Assembly (NCBI GenBank): GCA_000934665.2
Contig: JYFJ02004431.1
Span: 1-32,278, forward strand
Length of the DNA: 32,278 bases
Reading direction: 5' to 3'
DNA from: Catajapyx aquilonaris
Lineage: Eukaryota
Both the position numbers and the translations under genes were made by a program. The notes beneath the pieces were generated by a model. It was not told the DNA's origin. It made no database searches and saw only the letters and a program-made list of their open reading frames with translations. How positions within the stretch are numbered: the stretch's first letter is position 1; the number at the start of each line of letters is the position of its first letter. Below are positions 1-8,805 of the stretch, one piece after another.

Positions 1-4
1 TGGC

Positions 5-52
5 CAGTGGCGTAACCACCAGACCACCATGCCTCCCCGATGTTTGAAAATT
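5..52 (+). mobile_element. Possible degenerate MITE terminus (CAGTGGCGTAAC...)
   Basis: CAGTGGCGTA is a frequent terminal motif of invertebrate non-autonomous DNA transposons. It is followed by a C-rich patch and TTTGAAAATT. No target-site duplication can be assessed at the window edge. Confidence 0.25.
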
Positions 53-132
53 ATGTGTAAGATTTTAATGGGGGAGAGGGAGAATATCAAGAGAAACCTT
101 TTTCATCAATGAATGCCTGCTGCTGTCATCCT

Positions 133-151
133 TTGGCACTAGAGGGCGCTG
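133..151 (+). promoter_or_regulatory. CTCF-like insulator motif
   Basis: GCACTAGAGGGCGC (136-149) matches the CCASYAGRKGGCRS consensus at 13/14 positions, with flanks TTG...TG resembling the extended motif. Confidence 0.55.
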
Positions 152-566
152 TTTGGTGACGTTACATAAGTAGTACAGTAGAAGTGCATAATAGTAGAAA
201 ATATATCTCTGATATTTTTGTACTCATTTTGTACGCTCTTCTAACTACTACAAAATATTCCAGCACACTGCACTGACTAGTAGTTCATACCAGCAATCAC
301 ACAAAGCCTGGAAATGTCACACTTCTCTCCAAACTGGGAGAGGATAAGTTAATACTTTTATAGTCAAATTCTTCATAACTTTACAGAGAGAAGAAAAAAA
401 TCGAAACATGCCAGAAACAGTATGGAACACCCCGGTTAGGCAAATGATGAATAACTTGCTGAATAATGACATTCAAAAGGGATAGCTACTAACTTGATCT
501 GGATTTATTTTCATCGCACAACAGGTCCTTATTGCAGACATGGGCTCACAGAAATCAGCAGTAGTC

Positions 567-595
567 TTTTTTTGGAGGGGGGGGGGGCGGGGGGG
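567..595 (+). repeat. T7-GGA-G11-C-G7 homopolymer tract
   Basis: Direct reading. Confidence 0.9.
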
Positions 596-3500
596 CGTAT
601 TTTTTATGGTTAAAAAGCAGGTGCAAAGGCTGCAAACGTTGTAAGGTACTGTATTATTTTGCAATGTGAACAGAAGCTGTTGTTGCTGTTACTTTTCTAT
701 AGTCATGTAATTAACTTCACAAAAAGAACATAAAAGTTGAGGGGTGTAACTTAATTTGCCTAAAAATGTTTGTGCTGATTTTGTGTGAGCTTGTGGCTCG
801 CTCTTCCGTTGTCCCTCGCGCCACCTGAATTTCCTGCGCCATGTCAAATAGCCTTTGTCGGCGCCAACCTGCACAATGACCTGTGCTGAAATGCGACTGA
901 TGTGGGTTCAAATGGGCGACGTCACGTAGACTCTGTTGACAGTCCGGGCAACATGCTATGCAGCTGTCCCAGGTGTCAAATTCCGACGATCACTGACCGT
1001 CTCCAGAGTGCGAGGAGGACCTGTCACATCTGAGTGAAAAGGTAAGGATAGCACTGCCGAGCCCTGTTTTCGCAGTTTCTATAGGTTTACTAACCCCTTA
1101 ACCCGATGTTAAAATCTCTGGGGTTATAAAGTCCCGATAACCGCAAGTGTATAGGGCCTGTTGCGACATGACTGCAAGGGAGCAGAATCTGAGCAGAATA
1201 GTGGGTCATGTTTTCCGATAAGGGGCCATTAAAAATGACCCTCGGCGTTACCTCCCTGCCATGCCTTTTGGTGACGTTCTGTACACGGTATATGCTGCTA
1301 GTGCCTAGTGGAGTATGGAAAAATTTTCTTTGGTTTTTATATCTCATTGCAATGTGAGGTGGAGACGTGAGCCTAATTTTGCAGAACGTTGAATATTGCT
1401 CAAAACTGACATGTATTGAAGTTGATGATTGCATAATGAGTGAACAATGTTCTTCCTTCAGAGGAGTACCATAGTCAATTAAGTGGAGTTATCAGTAATA
1501 TTATTACATACTTTTGTGAAATATTTAGACCCACTACCTAAGTGTACCATATTGCATTGATGGCAAAATTAAATTAAATTGCTCGAAAGCTTCCAAAAGC
1601 TTCCATTGGCAATTTGAAAAATTCAAATTCTCAAAGGTATGAGTAGATTTCTGAATTCTGGTAAGGGATTTTCTCGAACTAATTATTGTTCATGGATTTT
1701 TCATAAAAACTTTTTTGTTGGTTCATAGCCTATGAAACATTCTTATGCTTATATACAGTACAGTACGGTAAATCCGACTCCTCGTAACAAGAATGACAGG
1801 ATCCAACTTTTTGCCGACGAAACTGATACACTGTAGGCGTAACTGTATACGAGCAGTTTGCATAAGTGCAAAAACCAGGCAGATAATCCACCTGGTTCAA
1901 ACGCAGTTCAAGGGTAGGCAGGAATGATAAGATTTCCGCTTGACCTGCCAATGAACTGGAACTTGAACCTAACGAATATACCACAAACACGCAATATAAA
2001 CTGCTGGGTCCAGAGCCAGTTTTATGGCCATGTGTTGTGTCTAATTCTTCTTATCAGAATTTATTGCAGAATGGTTAAGACTGGCCGCCTACCGAGCTTT
2101 TGTCCAATGATATGCTGTATAGGGGTGTAATACAGAACAGGGCAATGAGTGTGTATAGTTCTGGGAGCCAAGATGAATGAGTGCATTTCCCATTGTGGCT
2201 ATTTGTTCCGGGCCAAAGCCCTGCAAGCAGCGGAAGGAACCCAGGGCCCGATCGGAATCTCCGGATCCACATCCGTGCGCCTTTTCCCTGACCTCCAAAA
2301 GCCTTCAATAGCATTTTCTAGTGCAGCCTTGAATGTGTGCGACTGGCCCCTTCTTTCTCTCCCAGTTTTTTTTTCTTTTTGTGCAAGCATACACCATAGC
2401 GTAAATAATAATTGCGCGATCTGCTCGACATCAAGGAATTGCGCCCGCTGGACAGGGATATACGGACAAACGGCTCACATGTTTGATTATTGGCCAGTAT
2501 GTGCCCGTTAGAGACATTTAATGACGCAATGCGTGACTTTCATATGAATACCCCTCTTGCAAGTGGCTGATGCCCCAGGTCAACTGGACTAGTTGACTTT
2601 CCTTTATTGGACGAATGTGAAAATCCGTGAAGTAAATATACGGGCGGTTGGCCACTCAAGCCACGCTTTATTATGTCTCCCCTTCTTTCCCCCCTCCAAG
2701 TGTGCAGTGTTTCCCAGCTCTGGGCCTGAATTTTATGTTTTTGGTGCCTGCTTCCCCAGCCCCAGCTAATGGAGTTGAAAAAGTTGGTCCATTGACAGCT
2801 TCACATTAATTATTTTCTTCCCCCACACTACTTCTTGGAACCAGCCTTCAGTCTCATACTTATTTTTTTGTGCATCGCCCCATGGCTTTTTTCGTGGGTT
2901 CCCTTCTGCTGCAAGACTTCCCCCTGCCTATTCCATCGTGCAACTCAAAAGGCATCTGGAAGGTCCTTTGCCTTATCTGCAGGGTTAGCCACAAAACACC
3001 TTTTGGAAGGCAGCAGTGAATGAACCGTGGCAGCAGCAGCAGGAATGGAACTCGAGGCGTTGGATGACGCCTCGAGGGGAAGGTGGAGCTGGTATGGGGG
3101 AAGCTGAAAAATAATATGGTCGCTGGAGTCTCTGGAGGATAAGAATTAGGCTGACACCAACTGGGGGGGTGTAAAATAGTGTTCAATTATTTGGGCCCAA
3201 TGTGCTGCATATATGCAGGAGATTTGGGTGCGAAACGGAAAGGATCACACCTCCCTAATGTATAGCAGGGTTCAGCATGGGTCGTAAGGATCTGTGTTCG
3301 GATGTGTGTAGTGTGGGTGTGAGTAGGGGGAGGGTGCAATCCAATTTTACGACCGGTACACGAACTCAACTAGTTGTAAAACTTTTTACGGAAAAGGGGA
3401 CGGCTAGCTTCGCAGAGGTGTATTATGCTCAACATCGATTCGCTCTAGTATGCTTATGTCACTATATGTAGTATATCATATATGTCACCATATGTCACGC

Positions 3501-3637
3501 AGCTTGTGAGCACAATTTTCGGAGGAGTCATCTCTCCTGGTTCCCACTCCTGTTGGGCTTATCTCCACTCTATTAGTAGCCTATCCGTTGGTTACAATCA
3601 CCCCGTCCTTATCTGTCTGGATGAGCCAGCACAACAA

Positions 3638-3832
3638 ATGCAAATGCTCGCTCGTAATATTAATAATGAGGAATGGTTTCCTTCCCCCTGGTTTACAGGT
3701 ATGCCCTGGAGGTAGGCAACAAAAGGCGTCTCCTTGGCCGGCAGCAGCGACCTCAACCAATGGAAGCGGCCAACTGGGAGGCACAGCCGCCGGAGACGAC
3801 TCAGTCTGGTTGGAGCTACCATCCGAGGACGT
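3638..3832 (+). promoter_or_regulatory. Candidate TATA-less core/proximal promoter of the signal-peptide gene
   Basis: Octamer ATGCAAAT 3638-3645, CCAAT 3757-3761, GC-rich stretch, initiator-like TCAGTC 3801-3806 (putative +1 A at 3803) and DPE-like GGACGT 3827-3832 (about 3 nt closer than the canonical +28). The ~180 nt after the initiator contain no ATG, consistent with a 5' UTR. Confidence 0.5.
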
Positions 3833-3982
3833 TTTGCTTGCTGAGCTCCGACATATCTAGAGAGAGACTTAGCGGCGGACTTGTTTGAGTTACAGCACGT
3901 GTGATAGTGAGTGTGTGTGGTTCTAGGGAGGGACTGGCGGTTTTGTGCACGTTGTTTTGTGGAGGAAAATCCTTTTGGGAAC

Positions 3983-4009
3983 ATGGCCGGACTGAGGTGC
4001 TCATCATGA
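3983..4009 (+). other. Upstream ORF (MAGLRCSS*) whose stop codon overlaps the main start codon (ATGA)
   Basis: ATG 3983 in strong context (A at -3, G at +4), 8 sense codons, and TGA 4007-4009 overlapping ATG 4006-4008. It is out of frame with the signal-peptide ORF. Confidence 0.6.
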
Positions 4010-4081
4010 GGAAGGTGGAAGGACTGGTGGTGCTGCTGGTGTTGGCGCTGTATGGCGCCGATGCTGTGCTGGACGAAAGAG
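4006..4081 (+). CDS. First coding exon of a secreted or membrane protein gene (signal-peptide exon; product unidentified)
   Basis: ATG at 4006 (A at -3) opens MRKVEGLVVLLVLALYGADAVLDER plus 1 nt. The peptide has a basic n-region, a hydrophobic h-region (LVVLLVLAL) and an A-x-A cleavage motif (ADA|V). It is followed immediately by the consensus donor AG|GTGAGT (4082-4087) in phase 1, the phase typical after signal-peptide exons. Without splicing the frame stops at 4128. Confidence 0.78.
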
Positions 4082-6849
4082 GTGAGTTGATCAAAACTTC
4101 TCAGGTTTTTGGAAGCAGCAAGTTGTGAGAACTGAGCTAGAAAATAGGCATAATACAGGTGCAGTTAGCAACACGCAGGTAGAGTAAAAAGGCCGTCAGC
4201 TGCAGATGTTTCCCAGGCTATATAAGTTGGAGGGAGAGAAAATGGCTCCCCCTCTTCTCTTACCTGCTGCAACACCCCCTTGAGGCTCGTTCCACCTGTT
4301 GAGCACCCTCAAAAGAGGGGGAGGCAGAAAAGGCGAGGGTTGGCTGCCCTCTTTACAAACTATTTTATCAAAGAAAATTTGCTTCCACTAGGAATGTACC
4401 ATATGCAGCCGATTGTTGCTGTACATAACTGAAGCAACAGGTTATGGCATCATAATATCGATCCATCTGTTTATGGTGTTTACTATGGGAATATGAATTT
4501 TAAATCACAGCACATATGTGTGTCATTCACATCACGAATAACTTTAAATCGTGTATGTGCCCTGTAGGGGGAGGAAATTGCCGAAAAAAATGGGCTGGAA
4601 TGGGTCGAGAAAAAAGTCTTGGTTTAAAAAGTGGTTGTTGTGCTGTGCCCCAGGTAACATCCTGGTCGCTTTTCCCAGCCACTGGAGGCAGCCAAACGGA
4701 ACGTATTAGACTTAATTCACGCTATGTGTCGCTTATCTCCTGCTTCTTTGCCCGTCTTGGTGTGTCACACAGTTTGAGCCAATTATATTCGACGACCGCG
4801 AGGCCAAGATAATGGATTGGGAAAAAATAGGAATTTGCACAAAAAAATATTGTTCTGATTTCGCAAACTCGATGATCAGGAAATTCTTAGAATCGGTTGT
4901 CATGTGGTTGATAATGCGAGTGATGAAGATTTAAAGACTGCTTGTCATGACTGAGTCACGGGTCAAAGTTGACTGGAACAAAATCCATTCATCCTGATAT
5001 CACGGGTGGTACGCCAATATTGACTCATTCTAGCCACGTTGCAAAACTAGCTGACAACTAGAAAAACAATTTGGGTAAAAATCTGACACCGAAACGTGCT
5101 TTACAACACTGCGTAGGACATTTTTACGAATAACGCGTACATGCCTTCCTGCCCTACATGTCAAGCATAAAGTATATGGAAATAAGCTGTGTCAGGGACG
5201 GCATTGATGTAGAAACACGTGACCGTTACTTATGAACGCAAGTGTTTCATAAAACATTCTAAACATATGTTGAAATCGTTGTAATGCGCATCTTTTGCAA
5301 ACTAAACAAGTCCTTTTCTGTATACGACGATAAATCCCCAGATACAGCGCCGCATCACAATAAGACAATAGAAAAACCTAAGAGCGACTTTCTTTGGCAG
5401 TGTAAGCGAATATACTTTCAAAATGTGAAATGAGACATATTTTATGGGTTGTCCACTCGACGTTTTATGGTCGTAGTTTACTTTGCGGATTATCGCAGGC
5501 GACATCTTTCTCCTGAGACCATTCGTGCAAGCTGCTTTTGTTTGCGGAGATAACGAAGGAGGGAAAAGACCCGAGACGAATTAAATGTCTCCTACGTTCC
5601 CTCGACAAGACAAGCCTGTGTCAGCTCAGCCACAAAAAGCTCTTTGGTCACCTCGGTTCAAGGCTTGGGCTTCTTATTAACCGTCTTATTATTCTCTACT
5701 GGATGCCATGGAGTCCCAGTTTGCGCCACATCTGCGCTCAGAATCACTTTGGCCTCCAAGCCTTATACCAAACACTAAAACGAGCCGGAATTCAGAAACG
5801 TCGTCTTATTAATTAAAACGGCCCACTTAAAATGTACCCACCCTTCGATTTACTGATTCATTATAATTAAGTCATGCCACCCTAGTTCCCACGTCCCCAG
5901 CTGATAATTGACCTACAATGGAGCAGCAGTTGACTAATTTTTGGTGATTCGACTACTATTCATTCGATTGCTAACGTGTGAAAGAAGTGAGATTGAACAA
6001 TTTTTAAAAATATAATATTGGTCGCCCCTGGGGACAGTGAGTTGTGTGCCGGATTCAAAACGGACAATGCGTTCTGGACAAGGCTGAGAAGGCACCCCCA
6101 ACGCGCTGATTGAGAGTGTCGTTATCCCTGATTGAGAGTTGGTGAGGAGGTAGGGGGGGGCGGCTTGGGAGGGTTAGAGAGGGGTTGGGTGGGGGGTGTC
6201 AGAGTTAGAGGATGGGAATATATCTCCCTTGTCAGATGACGAACAGTTGGGACCCACTTGTCCAGTGTCTGCCACATGTTCCTTGTGAAGGGCACAGATT
6301 TTTAAGGGTAGGGAGAGGGAGACTGAGAGGACTATTTTATAACTTTTTTGACACCCACGGTTTTAGAGGGGTTGGAAAATTGTGTCTGGCAAGACTAAAA
6401 ATGTATGGTTCAGAGACTGCACAATTTTAAGCGACACATGGCAGCTTGTGGCATTACGTTATTGCTGACAGTGCTGGCCATGTAGTGCCTACGAAATGGC
6501 AATTCAACACTGGTGATGCATGGTCTGAATCAGCAGAATCACGGGGGCCTGGTATCGCGTGCAAGTCCATGGGCATTTGTACTGTAACTTTCTGGGCCCC
6601 GCTGGTGGGACTTTTATGAGGCGGCCCACCAGAAATAATCGGACGAAGCGAAAACTGACCTTGTAACCACTGCTGCAATTAGTTGTCGGCTGAGGCAACG
6701 TTTGCGCTTACATTGTTGGTCAGAAATATTCCCACAACTACTCTCTGCTGTGTAGTCGCATTTTAAACGTGATTTTTGAGCATGTTGTTCATCCTTGGTT
6801 ATGGTCAGGATTGGCGAAAGATTTGATGGAATTAATCCTGGGGCTGCAT

Positions 6850-7065
6850 GCAGGAATGTGTTGCATATGCTAATTAGACGTGGTAAATTAATTACTTCGA
6901 GTTAAGTGTCATCGATGGGGTTATAAATGTGTGACTGAATGATTTCTGGGCGGTGGTCCTCTGAATACTTGATAGTTTGCATTACGTCAGGCGGATAATC
7001 GCGGAATGGATGGCATGCAAATACGCAGGTTCGTGAGATGCCAAGATGGTTTGCTGACGTCACTC
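6850..7065. promoter_or_regulatory. Candidate intronic enhancer (POU, homeodomain and CRE motif cluster)
   Basis: Within ~215 bp: ATGCTAAT 6867-6874, TAATTA 6871-6876 and 6889-6894, TTACGTCA 6982-6989, ATGCAAAT 7015-7022 and TGACGTCA 7055-7062. Confidence 0.4.
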
Positions 7066-8734
7066 AAAGGAATCCCATGAACCATCAGGTGTGCAGAACT
7101 TTCTGAACACCCCCTCCAGTCCTGATTACAATCCTCTTCATTCTTAAAATATCTTTCCATGCTTAGACTCTAATCATTACTCTGCGTGATATTGGTGCAT
7201 TCGCATTCCAGAGCACGGCTTCTCCTCAATACAAACATATCGCACCTTGATTCAAGCTCACGTCTATTGTGAATTTACAGCCCTCCCGGGTCCTTACACC
7301 ACTGGCGCCGGCCTATTAGTCAAGTACTAGTGTTTGTTCCCACCGAGCTGCAATGTCCTGATTAAGACTTAACCTTGCCTCATGCTTCCTGTGGAACGTA
7401 GTTTAATAATTGCTCCTTTGACACATCTAGTCACAGTAGTGCGGTGTGGGTCGCCTCAAAGCCTAACTAGTTCTATAATAATTGCATAATGACAATTATG
7501 TTACTGCGGGAGTTCACCCTGTTCATCCTTGAGTGGAGTTCGGTGCAAATTGTTATTGCGGCCCACCGTTTTTATTCGTGCGACTTTGGGCTGGGATCCT
7601 GCTGTGTGGTCGCCCTTTGGTCCGGCCGGAATGGAATTTTTGGGGGCACTTTTTACCCCGCCTCTCTTCCCCCCTTGAACTGGAAGGAGAGCCCTCGGTG
7701 GCTTCTCTGGCCTTGGAACCTGATTGGGTTTCCCTCATTCTGCCGCCTGCTGTGGAAACCCCACAAGCCATTTACTTGTGTTTGGTGCAAATTACTGCCA
7801 GAGATTTCTAGTGTCACCATCGTGACATTTTACGGATGGCAGGATACAACTGGTTTGCCATTATTTTTATTATTGGCACATGGCATCGTGGAAAATAATT
7901 CGTGTAAGCTTCCATTAAGCGTACACGAAGCTTGGCCTAATAAAAAATTAATGGACCGAAAAGCCCTGAAATTATCGTCCGAACCGCTGCTACTTTCTTT
8001 CAAGTAATATTTCGCTATAAAAATCGTCGACTATGGCGAAGCGAGTAATTCTAGCTGCGAAAACAGTGGGTGCTGAGCTCTATCTCTCATGCAATCAACA
8101 GAGAGACTGGCATGGATCCGTTTCCTCCACCTGCTGCACCGTACAGTACACCTCTATGCAAATGAAGATGCAGCACCCTGTAGGAGGGGACTGCAATCAT
8201 GTTCCCAGCGGGTAGAGGCCAAGTTCTTCACACTTACTTGAATCATGAAGCCAGGCATAGAATATAAACCAGCAGTGTTAGGTGGGTGGTTGGGTGGTTG
8301 GGTGGAGGGGTTGGATATGGGGAGGTGGTCGAAGGGGGAGATCCTTCTGAGGGGGTGTTCACCTCTCTCTTCGCAGTCTCCGTGACAGGCTCGGTGCGAA
8401 GAGCCGGGGACGTCTTCTTTGGAGCCGACACGTGACCATTGCAAACCTATACTGCTTGCACATTAATTGCATGCCGCAGATGTAAGCTGAGAAGGATATA
8501 TTATCGGATGGACGGAATTGGTGCTGGTTGGACGAAAGAGGATCCCTTTGCTGCCTCGTTGTTTTATCGAGGGGGATTGCGCATTCTCAGATAAAGGACA
8601 GTCGCAGCTCTTTTGTAATGCCCAATTATTGCAGAGAGATAAGTCTGGCATATAATGCTATGTTAGCAAAACAAGGCATCTATAGGGCATTGACGATCCC
8701 ATAATAAATTTCACTTTGTCAGTAACACTCAGTC

Positions 8735-8805
8735 CAATTAAAGTTCTGGAAATTAATAATTTACATATATCCGAAATACATAATTTATTTCCAGAACTTT
8801 AATTG
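8735..8805. repeat. Inverted repeat / hairpin with perfect 19-bp arms (possible internally deleted MITE remnant)
   Basis: CAATTAAAGTTCTGGAAAT (8735-8753) is the exact reverse complement of ATTTCCAGAACTTTAATTG (8787-8805). The 33-nt AT-rich spacer pairs imperfectly for a further ~10 bp. Confidence 0.85.

Noticed and set aside
1752..1849. TACAGT-rich segment with an 8-bp inverted repeat, vaguely like a pogo/Tigger TIR
   Set aside because: Too short and degenerate to call a transposon.
4264..4295. Minus-strand micro-exon candidate ending CAG|GTAAGA just inside the intron
   Set aside because: Only 32 nt, with no partner exons or coding signal. Such signals arise by chance.
6106..6139. 12-bp direct repeat CTGATTGAGAGT separated by 10 nt
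   Set aside because: Simple local duplication with nothing element-like between the copies.
7489..8007. 172-aa plus-strand ORF
   Set aside because: W/L/F/C-rich composition typical of translated non-coding DNA, with no recognisable family.
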